A stretch of DNA of 64,000 nt from Maricaulis sp. (GCA_002692855.1 NZMJ01000046.1:45838-109837); one strand, 5' to 3'; shown: positions 45,826-56,254, counted from the first letter of the stretch. A program made the numbers and translations. Notes: a model not told the origin generated them from the letters alone.

Positions 45826-46332
45826 ATGGCTGACCTGCGCCCGCTTCGTTTTCTGGTTGTCGATGACAATCCGCACATGTTGAAGATCGTCCGCACCATC
45901 CTGAACGGCTTTGGTGTGGTGCATATCCACGAGGTCTCGAGCGCACTCGAGGCCCTGGAAACTGCACGCAACGAATCCATCGATATCGTCATCACCGACT
46001 ACCAGATGGAAGGCATGAACGGTGTCGAGCTGGTGAAGACGCTGCGCGACCAGAACAAGGTCGCCAATCCGCTGGTGCCGATCATCATGCTGACGGCCTA
46101 TTCCGAGCGGTCGCGGGTGTTCGAGGCGCGAGACGCCGGAGCCACGGAATTCTGCTGCAAGCCGATCACTGCGCGTGACCTGTTCCTGAAGATCTCGATC
46201 ATCATCGATCGGCCGCGCCCCTATGTGCGCACAAAGGTCTATTTCGGCCCGGATCGGCGCCGTCACGATCCTTCGAAATACCGCGGTCCGCAGCGCCGGT
46301 CAGACGACGAGTCGCGTCCAAACGTCGCCTAG
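45826..46332 (+). CDS. CheY-like receiver with arginine-rich c-di-GMP-binding tail (Cle-type)
   Basis: LVVDD, ITDYQM, MLTAY, KP; tail RPYVRTKVYFGPDRRR...YRGPQRRSDD matches the Cle ARR motif [YF]xGPxRR. Confidence 0.82.
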   Translation: MADLRPLRFLVVDDNPHMLKIVRTILNGFGVVHIHEVSSALEALETARNESIDIVITDYQMEGMNGVELVKTLRDQNKVANPLVPIIMLTAYSERSRVFEARDAGATEFCCKPITARDLFLKISIIIDRPRPYVRTKVYFGPDRRRHDPSKYRGPQRRSDDESRPNVA

Positions 46333-46379
46333 ACCTGAAAGGGTGACAGGCACAGGCCAGTCACCGTAACTTGGACACC

Positions 46380-48956
46380 ATGATTCGAGGGGACAATGCG
46401 GCCCGGCCTTCCGGGCGGAATCGTCCCGTGCCCGCCAAGCGTCGGGCGCGATTGAAACCCGCTGCCTCATCGACAGGTAATGGCAACGTCGCCTGGATCG
46501 TCATTGCGGTCTTCGTCTTCATCGTCATGTTCGCTGCCGTCATCGGCTACAAGCTCTACCAGGAGCGGTCGTCGATGCTGGCCGAGGCCGGCCAGTCCTA
46601 TGCGCGGGAAGCCGCCTTCCTGGCCGAGCGGACGACGTCGCGGCTGTCAGCAATCGATTCGAGCGTTCGCAATGCCGTCATGGCCGTCGGCGCGCTGCCT
46701 GACGAAACCCGAAACGCGCAAAGCCGCGCATTTCTGGACGCACTCGCCGCCGCGCCGGCCGTCACCGATGCCGCCTTCCTGACGGCGACAGGTCAGGTCC
46801 CGTCACGCGGTGGGGATGTCGCCGCCCTGATGCAGGCGGCGGATGATGCACTGGCGAGCGGCACCGGTCTGGCGTCATCTTCGCAAACCGGCAGCATGGC
46901 AATCGCGCGCCCTGTGGCGCTCCCGGATGGCAGCGTGGGCGCCATCGTTGTACGAATTGATCCGTTCGCACTCCTGCCCGAGCAGGTCGACGGGCGCGTT
47001 GCCATTCTCGCTGATTCCGCCGGTCACCCGCTCTCGATCCGCCCGCTTCCAGCAGCCGGCCTCTTTACGGAAAGCCTTTTCGACCGCTTCCCCCTGACCG
47101 ATGATCAGACCGCGCGCCTGCGCAATCGGGGCGGCGCCGTAACCGGCGTTCCGATCGGCGAAGGTCAGGCCACGGTAGCGGCAGCGACTTTGCCGGGTCA
47201 GGACTTGCGCGTTGTCCTGATCGGTCCGATGCGTTTCGACAATTCAACCTGGCTGCGTACGCAGATTCTCTACGCGCTTTTGTTCATCGCACCGGTGATT
47301 TTCGCCGTTGGCCTCGGCGCAGCCTTGTCGATGCAGATGTCGAACTTGCGTGAAGCCCGTGTTGCCCTGATCGACAGCGAACGGCGCTTTCGCGTCGCCA
47401 TTGAAGGGGCACGATGCGGCGTCTGGGATTGGGATCGCAAGTCGGATGCGGTCTATGTCACGGATTCGATGGCGCGCATCCTCGGCCGCGACCAGGGCGA
47501 AGTAATCTCCAGTGCCGAATTCCTCGCCCTGTTCTCGAAGCGCGACCGCGAACGCCTGTCCGCTGCCGTGCGCGGTTCGGCGCGCGCCGGTGACATCGAC
47601 GTCGAGGTCCAGGCCGCAAACCTGCCGATCTGGCTGCAACTTCGCGGCCGCCCATGGAATGCCGGCGAATCCGTCACGACCGAGCGCATCGTCGGCGTCG
47701 CGATCGATGTAACCGAGCGCAAGGGCGCACAGGCGCGGGTCGCGGCTGCCGAGAACAGGCTGCGGGCCGCATTGGAATCGATGAGCGAATCCTTCGTGTT
47801 GTGGGATTCCCGTCGCCGCCTGGTGCTCTGGAACCGGAAGTTCCGCGATTTCTTCGACTTCACCGACAGTGGCCTGCGCCCAGGCCTGACCTATCCTGAT
47901 GTCGAAACCGAAGCGGCCCGTGCCATCTCAGCCGTTCACGGCGCAGAAAATGGCAGCGAGATCTACGAAATCGAACTGCGCGATGGCCGCTGGCTGCACT
48001 ATTCCGAACGCCCGACCGCCGATGGCGGGCTGGTCTCGGTCGGCGCCGACATCACCGATCTGAAGCGGCAGGAATCCGCGCTCAAGAACTCCGAAACCGC
48101 GCTCAAACGCACGGTCGAGGACGTGAAACGCAACGAGAGCCGCATCGCGGAACTGGCAAAGAAATACGAGGAAGAAAAGATCCGCGCCGAGGAAGCCAAC
48201 CGCTCGAAGAGCGAATTCCTCGCCAATATGAGCCACGAACTTCGCACCCCGCTCAACGCGATCAACGGTTTCTCCGAGATCATGCTGCGCGAGATGTTCG
48301 GGCCTCTCGGCGATGCGCGATACGCCGATTACGTCAAGGATATCCACACGTCGGGCGAACACCTTCTGGCCCTCATCAACGACATTCTCGACATGTCGAA
48401 GATCGAGGCGGGCAAGATGCAGCTCCAGACCGAGCCGGTGATTCCGCGTGAAGCGATCGAACAATGCCTGCGCCTGGTACGTGGCCGTGCGGAGGAAAAA
48501 TCGATCCGGTTGACCGCCGACATGATCGACGCACCCGAGGTCGAAGCCGATCCGCGCGCCTTGAAACAGGTGTTGCTGAACCTGTGCTCCAACGCTGTGA
48601 AATTCACCCCTGAAGGCGGACAGGTGACTGTGCGCACCTTCGCCGTGGACCGGGCCGTGGCAATTCAGGTCTGTGACAGTGGCATCGGCATCGCACAGGA
48701 GGATATCCCCCGCCTGGCGCGCCCCTTCGAGCAGATTGAGAGCCAGCATTCGAAGAGCCATCAGGGCTCGGGGCTTGGCCTTGCCCTGTCGAAGTCACTG
48801 GTCGAGATGCATGGCGGCAAGCTGGCCATCGAGAGCACGCTCGGCGAAGGCACCACCGTGACCTTCACCCTGCCACTGGCTTCGGACATTCCCATCGCCG
48901 GCGATACGGAATCCTTTGACGAAGACTTCCAGTCGCGTTCTGACGACGCCGCCTGA
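46380..48956 (+). CDS. pleC: Polar histidine kinase/phosphatase PleC
   Basis: Two TM helices, periplasmic domain, two PAS domains, EKIRAEEANRSKSEFLANMSHELRTPLNAINGFSEIM, HATPase G-boxes. Confidence 0.85.
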   Translation: MIRGDNAARPSGRNRPVPAKRRARLKPAASSTGNGNVAWIVIAVFVFIVMFAAVIGYKLYQERSSMLAEAGQSYAREAAFLAERTTSRLSAIDSSVRNAVMAVGALPDETRNAQSRAFLDALAAAPAVTDAAFLTATGQVPSRGGDVAALMQAADDALASGTGLASSSQTGSMAIARPVALPDGSVGAIVVRIDPFALLPEQVDGRVAILADSAGHPLSIRPLPAAGLFTESLFDRFPLTDDQTARLRNRGGAVTGVPIGEGQATVAAATLPGQDLRVVLIGPMRFDNSTWLRTQILYALLFIAPVIFAVGLGAALSMQMSNLREARVALIDSERRFRVAIEGARCGVWDWDRKSDAVYVTDSMARILGRDQGEVISSAEFLALFSKRDRERLSAAVRGSARAGDIDVEVQAANLPIWLQLRGRPWNAGESVTTERIVGVAIDVTERKGAQARVAAAENRLRAALESMSESFVLWDSRRRLVLWNRKFRDFFDFTDSGLRPGLTYPDVETEAARAISAVHGAENGSEIYEIELRDGRWLHYSERPTADGGLVSVGADITDLKRQESALKNSETALKRTVEDVKRNESRIAELAKKYEEEKIRAEEANRSKSEFLANMSHELRTPLNAINGFSEIMLREMFGPLGDARYADYVKDIHTSGEHLLALINDILDMSKIEAGKMQLQTEPVIPREAIEQCLRLVRGRAEEKSIRLTADMIDAPEVEADPRALKQVLLNLCSNAVKFTPEGGQVTVRTFAVDRAVAIQVCDSGIGIAQEDIPRLARPFEQIESQHSKSHQGSGLGLALSKSLVEMHGGKLAIESTLGEGTTVTFTLPLASDIPIAGDTESFDEDFQSRSDDAA

Positions 48957-48981
48957 ACCCTTGATTCTATGATGGGCGTCG

Positions 48982-49503
48982 TTAGCCGGGCCGGGGACCG
49001 CGGCGCTGGCTTTCGTGGTGGGGCGGGCGGCGATGCCGCATCCGGTCGGACTGCAGACCGGCTTGCAGCGCCTGAAGTCGGCCTTCAGGTGGCAAGTCCG
49101 CAATGATGTCCAGCACAGCGTCTTCGACTTCGACTTCCATCTCGCCGCGCGCCTGACGCAACTCGGCCAGCGCCTGCCGGACCGCATCGGCGTCGAACGG
49201 CTCACGCTGCAGCACGGCTTCGACATTGGCTTGCGCTGCGTGGACTGTTTCAACGCGCGCAATCACGTCATCGCGGCTTTCGCGCATGCGTTCCATCGCG
49301 TCGTCGCGGTATTCCGGCGGCAAGCCGGCAAGAAACCCGCGCAGGCTGAACCCGTCACCGCGCACACCGGCGGGCTGACGGTGTTCGGCAGGCTGGAAAC
49401 GCGGCCCGTCGGACACGCGGTGCAGCGTCAGGCCGAGCATCGCACCATTGGCGAGCACCGAGATCAGGAGTGCGATAATCCAGGGGGTGGCACGGGTCAT
49501 CAT
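48982..49503 (-). CDS. Periplasmic heavy-metal sensor / Spy-CpxP-like protein
   Basis: LLISVLANGAMLG anchor, helical domain EPFDADAV...LPPEGR. Confidence 0.7.
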   Translation of the reverse strand: MMTRATPWIIALLISVLANGAMLGLTLHRVSDGPRFQPAEHRQPAGVRGDGFSLRGFLAGLPPEYRDDAMERMRESRDDVIARVETVHAAQANVEAVLQREPFDADAVRQALAELRQARGEMEVEVEDAVLDIIADLPPEGRLQALQAGLQSDRMRHRRPPHHESQRRGPRPG

Positions 49504-49907
49504 ACGCCGCTCTCCCAGTCAAAATCGATACCGCTGTCCAGACCGTCAAAGGCGATGTCATAAGCAGCGTCATTGGTTGCATCCGGCAGGAAACCACCAC
49601 CGAAATAACCGCCCCCAATGCCCAGGAACAATGTCAGGGCCGCCGCGGCGGCTACCCTGTGCCAATTGTCGAGCACGGCGCGCGCTGGTGCCGCCCGCAG
49701 CAGACGGGCGGTCAACATTTCACTGGGTTGGTGCGTGACGGCGGCGACCTGGATCAGGCCGTCGAGTTCCGCTGCCGCGTCCAGCGCGGCGCGCGCGTCC
49801 GGGTGTGTCTCCAGATAGGTGATCGCGGCTTCGCGCTCCGCTTCGGGCCAACGGTCCGTGCGGGCGCCATAAGCATCCAGAATGGTTTCGAAGCGTTCGC
49901 GGTTCAT
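49500..49907 (-). CDS. Putative membrane anti-sigma factor
   Basis: MNRERFETILDAYGA...RWPEAER, single TM; directly downstream of the ECF sigma. Confidence 0.65.
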   Translation of the reverse strand: MNRERFETILDAYGARTDRWPEAEREAAITYLETHPDARAALDAAAELDGLIQVAAVTHQPSEMLTARLLRAAPARAVLDNWHRVAAAAALTLFLGIGGGYFGGGFLPDATNDAAYDIAFDGLDSGIDFDWESGV

Positions 49908-50539
49908 CTTGTAATCCCCTCATGGACCGGCATTTCGCCCCCGAAACCGGCCAGTAATTCGTCTTCCTGTCCTGTCAGTATCTCACGCAGCTTGCGCCGT
50001 CCGCGTGCCAGCAGGGATTCCAGTGCATCGACGCTGATCTCCATTGCCGCCGCCGCGTCGATATTGGTGGCATCCTGAAAGTGGCACAATTCCAGCGCCA
50101 GTCTTTGACGGTCCGGCAATTGCGCAACCGCGTCCTTGATCGTCCGCGCGGCCTCGCCCATCGTCAAAATCGTGTCGGCACCCGGTGTGCCGTCGGCGCG
50201 GTCCGGCACGGTATCGGTCAGCACTTCGCGGCGGCGGCGCAGCCGGTCGTAGCAAAGATTGATCGCGATCCGGCTCATCCAGGTCTCGACCTTGGCTTCG
50301 CCGCTGCGCCAGCGGCCGGCTGCCTTCCAGACCCGGATGAAGGTCTCCTGCGCGACATCTTCGGCTTCAACCGGATCAGACAGCAGGCGCTGCGCAATGG
50401 CGAGCAGCCGGGGAAGGCGCCGCTGCATCAGTTCGCGGGCAGCGTCGCGGTCACCTTCCCCGATTGCAGCCAGCAAGGGCGCATCGGGATCGTTCGTGAG
50501 GGTGGAATGAGCAGGCGAACCGCCTGCGGTGTCCGTCAT
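49904..50539 (-). CDS. ECF RNA polymerase sigma factor
   Basis: AEDVAQETFIRVW, WMSRIAINLCYDRLRR, LPDRQR, ESLLARGRRKL. Confidence 0.92.
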   Translation of the reverse strand: MTDTAGGSPAHSTLTNDPDAPLLAAIGEGDRDAARELMQRRLPRLLAIAQRLLSDPVEAEDVAQETFIRVWKAAGRWRSGEAKVETWMSRIAINLCYDRLRRRREVLTDTVPDRADGTPGADTILTMGEAARTIKDAVAQLPDRQRLALELCHFQDATNIDAAAAMEISVDALESLLARGRRKLREILTGQEDELLAGFGGEMPVHEGITR

Positions 50540-50587
50540 GCTTTGGGAAACCTTCCACCACCACGCCCGAAATCTGGCATGCTCAGA

Positions 50588-51151
50588 TCAGTCGCGCCAC
50601 CAGAAGACACGATCTTCGCGGCGCTCACGGCCCTGCTCAATCGCCGCATCGAGCTCGTCGGGCGTGACCGAACCGTCGGAATTCGCATCAAGGCGTTCGA
50701 AGCCCGGGGCACCGCGCGCCATGAATTCCTCACGCGTGACCTGACCGTCATCATTGGCGTCCATGCGGGCGTGATCGTCACCGCCATGTCCACGGCCGCC
50801 GCGTCGTCCACCGCGACCCCGGAGGCGTTCGCCGTCGTCGTCGTTGTCGGCACGCGCTTCGCGCATCGCCATCATCCGCTGATGCATCGGCGAACGATCG
50901 GCAGATGACAGGACGCCATCGCCATTGCGATCCATCCAGGTGAACATCTCGCCTTGAAGCTGGTCGACTTCGGCGCGTGTAACGGTGTTGTCGCCATTCG
51001 CGTCGGCCGCGCGCAGCATCATCAGGCCACGCATGGCGTGACCGCCGCCGTCATGGCCGCGCGATCCACCGCGATGTTGGGCATCGGCAACGGCGGTCAG
51101 GCTCATCGCAAGGCCTGCGGCGCCGGCAATCAAAAGGAATGGCTTTTTCAT
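50588..51151 (-). CDS. Secreted EF-hand calcium-binding protein
   Basis: Signal peptide; DANGDNTVTRAE, DRNGDGVLSSAD, DANDDGQVTREE, DANSDGSVTPDE. Confidence 0.88.
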   Translation of the reverse strand: MKKPFLLIAGAAGLAMSLTAVADAQHRGGSRGHDGGGHAMRGLMMLRAADANGDNTVTRAEVDQLQGEMFTWMDRNGDGVLSSADRSPMHQRMMAMREARADNDDDGERLRGRGGRRGGRGHGGDDHARMDANDDGQVTREEFMARGAPGFERLDANSDGSVTPDELDAAIEQGRERREDRVFWWRD

Positions 51152-51217
51152 TTCGGGTATCTCCTGTTTCCACCCTCGCAGTTCTTTCAACGGGGCAGAA
51201 ACCGGAATCCGTCGCGC

Positions 51218-54100
51218 CTATGACAGGGGATGGATCAGCGCCTCGAATTGCTGCCTGACCTGCACCGACGCGGTATCAAGCCGTTCGGCCAGGCCTTCGA
51301 TGGACTCGGCGCCCGCCGTACGGACAAGCCGGTCGGAAAATCCCTTGGCTGCCTGTGACGGGTCGAAGCCCGATCCGTGCGCCGTCCGCACCAGTTGCAG
51401 CAGGTCGAGATAAAGGCGCGCGGCTGACGTCAATGTCCCGGCAGCCTCATCATCCAGCGCACCGTCACGCTGCAAGCGCTCGAGCGCGGCCACGGTCGAG
51501 GTTTCCCGGGGACCATTGCCGTTCGCCAGTTCGATCAGTTGCAGGGTCTGCGCGATGAATTCGATATCCACCAGCCCGCCCGGCTTGCGCTTGATATCCC
51601 AGCGCCCCCGTCCCGGCTTTTCCTGCTCGAGACGCGCCCGCATGGCGGCGGCGTCCTCGCGGACAATGTCGGAGTTGCGCGCCTGGGACAGGGCCCCCTC
51701 AATGCCGTCTTCGATCTGTGCGCTCAGTTCGGCGTCGCCGCACACGATCCGCGCCCGCGTCAACGCCATCCGCTCCCACGTCCAGGCTTCACTGGCATAG
51801 TAGGACAGGAAGCTCGGCAGCGAGACGGCGACCGGACCGGCCTTTCCAGAGGGGCGCAATTGCAGATCGACCTCGAACAGCTCGCCTTCCTCGGTCGGTG
51901 CCGACAAGGCGCTGACGAAGCGCTGTGTGAAGCGCGTGAACCAAGTCTCCGCGCCCTCGCCCGTGCTTTCGTAGACGAGCATCAGGTCGAGGTCTGAATC
52001 GGATGCCAGTTCACGGCCGCCCAGCTTGCCGAGCCCCAGGATGACATAATGCCCGGGCATCGGCCCGTGGCGTTCCTCCATCCGGACGTGGGCGGCACGC
52101 GCCATGGCATGGATCGACGCTTCGGCCAGTTCAGCAAAGGTCGCCCCCGCAGCACGGGCATCGGCGCGGCCCACGAGGATTTGCGAACCGATCCGGAACC
52201 GCTCCTCCCGCGCCAGTCGGCGCGCCCGGTTCATCGCGTCCTCGACATTCTCCGAAACCGCCATCTGCTCCAGGAAACGGGTCCGCAGGTCATCGACCGG
52301 ATCCTGCGACAAGGGCCGGGAAAAGCGCGCATCCAGCATCACGTCCAGGATCGCGGGCCGCTGTGCCAGTGTCGCGGCGATCCGCGGCGCGAGGCCCAGA
52401 ATGGCCACGAGTTCGCGCGACAATTCAGGCTCATTGCGCAGCAATGACAAAGGCTGCACGCCCATTGGGAGGTTCTCGTAGAAGGCTGCAAAGCGCGAAA
52501 AGGCCGCGTCCGGCTCGCCCGTCTCGGCCATCGCGTCGAGCAGGCTGGGTGCGAGGCGGGTCAGAAGCTCGCGGGCGCGCTGCGTGCGTGTCGCGCGTGT
52601 CCGCCCGCCCAGCCACGCATTGACCCGGTTCCAGATGCTGGCGGGTTCGGAGAAGCCCAGCGTCGCAAGCGTGGTCAGCGTGTCAGGCGTCGGCTCGACG
52701 CCGGAAAACACTAGGCTTCCGGAATCGGACGCCAGGGATTCGTCATCTGAAAACTGTTCCGAAAACGTTGCGTGCACGCGGGTCAGGACGGCGCGAACGG
52801 TGTCGTCGAACCGGTCGAGGGATTCAAATCCGCATAAAATTCCGACCCGGTGCCGCAGGGTGTCGTCTTCCGGCAGGGTCTGGGTTGCCTCGTCCTCCAG
52901 CATCTGGATGCGGTGCTCGACTCGGCGAAGAAAGGCGTAGTCTGCAGCCAATGCCTCGGCGTGCGCGGCGGGCACCTTCCCCTCGCCTGCCAGCTTTTCC
53001 AGCGCCTTGACCGGGGAACGGACACGGAGTGCCGGCTGCCGTCCGCCGAACACCAGTTGAGGCACCTGGGCAAAGAATTCGATCTCCCGGATGCCGCCGC
53101 GCCCCAGCTTCACATTGTGTCCTGCCGCGCGCACCTGCGCCCGGTCGCCGACCGACTGGATCTGCCGCGCCAGCGCCCGGATGTCGTCGACCGCCGCGTA
53201 GTCGAGCGAACGCCGCCAGATGAAGGGGGTCATGGCCGTCAGGAACGCCTGTCCGGCCGCCACATCGCCCGCGCAGACGCGTGCCTTGATGTAGGCCGCC
53301 CGCTCCCAGTTCTGCCCGATGGATTCGTAATAGCGCAGCGCGGCTTCGCTCTGCATCGCCGTCGGCGTCGCCCCGGGGTCCGGACGCAGGCGCAAGTCGG
53401 TGCGGAACACATATCCTTCGGAGGTGGGGTCCTGCAGCAGGCGAACCAGACGCTGGACCAGCCGGGGCAGGACGCGCTCAGCATCGACACCCTCGGGCAT
53501 CTCCAGCATGTCGCGGTCGTAAAAAATGACGAGATCGATATCGCTGGAATAGTTGAGCTCGTCCGCGCCCATCTTGCCCATCGCCAGCACGAACAGGCCG
53601 GGCAACGGGTTCGCGGCATCGCCGGGCGGATTCAGTCGACCCCGGCCGGCCGCTTCGCGGACCAGGCCGTGCAGTCCCGCCTGGACTGCCGCGTCGGCAA
53701 ATGCCGACAGGCGCGACGTTGCTTCATCGAGGGACCACACACCGGCGAGGTCGGCGAGCGCTGTCACAAGGTGCATGTCTGCCTTGGCGCGCCTCAGCCG
53801 GTCTCCGAGCGACGCAATGTCAGGCGCGTCCGCCCCCGCTTCAGGCAGTGCGGTGATCAGGGCATCCGCAACGTCTCCGGCATCCTCTGTGAAGAGCCGG
53901 GCCAGGGTGTCGACTCTCCGCATTGCGAGGCGCGCCAGATAGGGAGCCGCAGAGAAAACCGTTTCGAGGAAGTCGCGGTCCTCGCCCTCGACCTCGACCC
54001 CTGCCTGAGTGAGCGCTTCGAACACGCGCTCGCACCGCGCATCCTTCAGCGGCGGCAGGGTGTCGCGTCGGAGCGAGAACAGGGAAGCAGGCTGCGTCAT
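51218..54100 (-). CDS. glnE: Bifunctional glutamine synthetase adenylyltransferase/adenylyl-removing enzyme
   Basis: MGKMGADELNYSSDIDL, DLRLRP, WERAA, KLGRGGIREIEF, second NT domain GKLGGRELASDSDLDL. Confidence 0.95.
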   Translation of the reverse strand: MTQPASLFSLRRDTLPPLKDARCERVFEALTQAGVEVEGEDRDFLETVFSAAPYLARLAMRRVDTLARLFTEDAGDVADALITALPEAGADAPDIASLGDRLRRAKADMHLVTALADLAGVWSLDEATSRLSAFADAAVQAGLHGLVREAAGRGRLNPPGDAANPLPGLFVLAMGKMGADELNYSSDIDLVIFYDRDMLEMPEGVDAERVLPRLVQRLVRLLQDPTSEGYVFRTDLRLRPDPGATPTAMQSEAALRYYESIGQNWERAAYIKARVCAGDVAAGQAFLTAMTPFIWRRSLDYAAVDDIRALARQIQSVGDRAQVRAAGHNVKLGRGGIREIEFFAQVPQLVFGGRQPALRVRSPVKALEKLAGEGKVPAAHAEALAADYAFLRRVEHRIQMLEDEATQTLPEDDTLRHRVGILCGFESLDRFDDTVRAVLTRVHATFSEQFSDDESLASDSGSLVFSGVEPTPDTLTTLATLGFSEPASIWNRVNAWLGGRTRATRTQRARELLTRLAPSLLDAMAETGEPDAAFSRFAAFYENLPMGVQPLSLLRNEPELSRELVAILGLAPRIAATLAQRPAILDVMLDARFSRPLSQDPVDDLRTRFLEQMAVSENVEDAMNRARRLAREERFRIGSQILVGRADARAAGATFAELAEASIHAMARAAHVRMEERHGPMPGHYVILGLGKLGGRELASDSDLDLMLVYESTGEGAETWFTRFTQRFVSALSAPTEEGELFEVDLQLRPSGKAGPVAVSLPSFLSYYASEAWTWERMALTRARIVCGDAELSAQIEDGIEGALSQARNSDIVREDAAAMRARLEQEKPGRGRWDIKRKPGGLVDIEFIAQTLQLIELANGNGPRETSTVAALERLQRDGALDDEAAGTLTSAARLYLDLLQLVRTAHGSGFDPSQAAKGFSDRLVRTAGAESIEGLAERLDTASVQVRQQFEALIHPLS

Positions 54101-54146
54101 GGTCCCGAACCTGACGCGGAGCGCCCGCTTGGGGAAGTCCTGCCGG

Positions 54147-55550
54147 TTATTTCACCGGGGGAAAGATCAGCGCGGCACGCAGGCCCGGGCCGTGAGGCCC
54201 GGTTCCCGGGCCGTCGCCAAGCTCGAGGCGCGCTCCGTGATACTCGGCGATGGCCTTGACGAGGCTGAGCCCCAGACCGGAGCCCGGCTTCGACCGCGAA
54301 TTGTCCAGCCGCACGAAGCGCTGCACGACGCGGATACGATCCATGTCGGGAATGCCCGGCCCGGTATCGGTGATGGAGAATTCAACCTCGCCGCTCGCCC
54401 GGCAACGCAGGCGCAGGGCGATGGCACCACCTTCCGGCGTATATTTGACGGCGTTGTCGAGCAGATTGGCGATCGCCTGGGAAATCAGGTCCCGCTCGCC
54501 GGCAATGCGGCAGCCTTGGGCAATTTCAGCTGTGAAGCCGATGCCGGCGTCCTCGCACACCGGATCATAAAGTTCGGCGAGGTCATCGGCGATCGGTTGC
54601 GGATCGAGCGGTTCGAGACGCTGGCGCCGATCACCCGCCTCAAGGCGCGAGATCGACAGGATGGCATTGAAGACGCGCAGCAATTCATCCGCGTCGGTAA
54701 TGGCTTGCGAGACCGATGCATCGCGGTCCGCGCCCTCGTCCCGGAGTGCTTCATCGAGCCGGTTTCGCATCCGGGTCAAAGGCGAGCGCAGGTCATGCGC
54801 GATGGAGTCGCCGACATTTTTCATCCGGTGCATCAATTCCTCGATGCGGTCCAGCATGGCGTTGAAGTTCGCCGACAATTCATCGAGCTCGTCGCCCGTC
54901 ATCGTGCGCGGCGTACGTTGTTTGAGGTCGCCGGAGCGAACCTTTCGCGCGACCTGGTTGATCGCGTCCAGACGTCGGGAAAAACGCCGGCTGATGAAAA
55001 TGCCGGACGCCATGCCCAGCGCCAGCGCGAGGGCGGATGCCGCCAGCACTGCGCGCAGCAATCCTCCGACCAGCCGGTCCTCGTCCTCGACATCAAGTCC
55101 GACGAAGACCGCATAGCCGCCCGTGAGCGGTGCAAGTCGGCCGCGCGCCAGCCTTTCGTCTTTCTCGCTTTCTTCCTCGCCCGCTGGCGGCCGGCGATAA
55201 GCAAACTGCAGCCGTCCGTTCTCGTCGGCTTCCTCGTCAGGCAGGCCCGACAGGTTTCCCGAAACACGCCGCCCGGTGGGGTGGACCAGCAGATAGAGAA
55301 AATCACTTCCGCCGACACTGCGCTGTAGGATGTAGCGATTGACCGCGTCGATCCCGCCATTGCGCACGCGGTTCTCGATCACCGCGATTTCTTCCTCGAC
55401 GGTCGCATCGGTCCGGCTGAGGGATGCCCCGACCGAAGCGAAATAGACAAAGGCCAGAATGACGAGACTCGACAGCGCCAGAAGCGCTGCCGAGAGCATC
55501 GTCACCCGAAAGGCAGTGGTGTTGAGAAAGGCCGGAAGCCGGCGGGACAT
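54147..55550 (-). CDS. HAMP-domain sensor histidine kinase
   Basis: Two TM helices, HAMP, IAHDLRSPLTR, NLLDNAVKY, DTGPGI, GSGLGL. Confidence 0.93.
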   Translation of the reverse strand: MSRRLPAFLNTTAFRVTMLSAALLALSSLVILAFVYFASVGASLSRTDATVEEEIAVIENRVRNGGIDAVNRYILQRSVGGSDFLYLLVHPTGRRVSGNLSGLPDEEADENGRLQFAYRRPPAGEEESEKDERLARGRLAPLTGGYAVFVGLDVEDEDRLVGGLLRAVLAASALALALGMASGIFISRRFSRRLDAINQVARKVRSGDLKQRTPRTMTGDELDELSANFNAMLDRIEELMHRMKNVGDSIAHDLRSPLTRMRNRLDEALRDEGADRDASVSQAITDADELLRVFNAILSISRLEAGDRRQRLEPLDPQPIADDLAELYDPVCEDAGIGFTAEIAQGCRIAGERDLISQAIANLLDNAVKYTPEGGAIALRLRCRASGEVEFSITDTGPGIPDMDRIRVVQRFVRLDNSRSKPGSGLGLSLVKAIAEYHGARLELGDGPGTGPHGPGLRAALIFPPVK

Positions 55551-55554
55551 CGTG

Positions 55555-56226
55555 TCAGGCCTGCAGGCGGTAACCGGCACCCCTTACGGTGTGCAAAATC
55601 GGCTGATCGAACGGCTTGTCGATCTTCGACCGCAGGCGCGAGATGTGGACATCGATCACATTGGTCTGGGGATCAAAGTGATAGTCCCAGACTTTTTCCA
55701 GCAGCATGGTCCGTGTCACGACCTGCCCGGCATGCTTCATGAGAAATTCCAGCAGCCGGAATTCACGCGGCTGCAGGATGATCTCCTCTTCGCCCCGGAC
55801 GACCGTGCGGGCCAGGAGGTCCATCTCCAGGTCGCCGACCACCAGCTTTGTCTTCACCGTTTCCGGATCGCGGCGACGGGCCAGGGCCTCGACCCGGGCC
55901 AGGAGCTCGGCGAAGGCGTAGGGCTTGACCAGATAGTCATCGCCCCCCGCCTTCAGGCCCTCGACGCGGTGATCAACCTCGCCCAGCGCAGACAGGATGA
56001 GGGCCGGGGTCCGGTCATCTTCCGACCGGAGTGTCTCGATGACGCTCAACCCGTCGAGCTTGGGCAGCATCCGGTCGACAACCAGGATGTCGTATTCCGA
56101 CGCCCGCGCCATCTCCAGGGCTTCCTCGCCATCGGCAGCATGGTCCACGACGTGTCCCGACTCCCGCAAACCCTTGCGGATATAGCCGGCGGCGTCGCGG
56201 TCGTCCTCGATGATCAGAATGCGCAT
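55555..56226 (-). CDS. OmpR-family response regulator
   Basis: ILIIEDD, VDRMLP, DDYLVKP, IDVHISRLRSKID, TVRGAGY. Confidence 0.95.
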   Translation of the reverse strand: MRILIIEDDRDAAGYIRKGLRESGHVVDHAADGEEALEMARASEYDILVVDRMLPKLDGLSVIETLRSEDDRTPALILSALGEVDHRVEGLKAGGDDYLVKPYAFAELLARVEALARRRDPETVKTKLVVGDLEMDLLARTVVRGEEEIILQPREFRLLEFLMKHAGQVVTRTMLLEKVWDYHFDPQTNVIDVHISRLRSKIDKPFDQPILHTVRGAGYRLQA

Positions 56227-56254
56227 AACCGTCCCCAATCCTGTTCAGCGGCGA

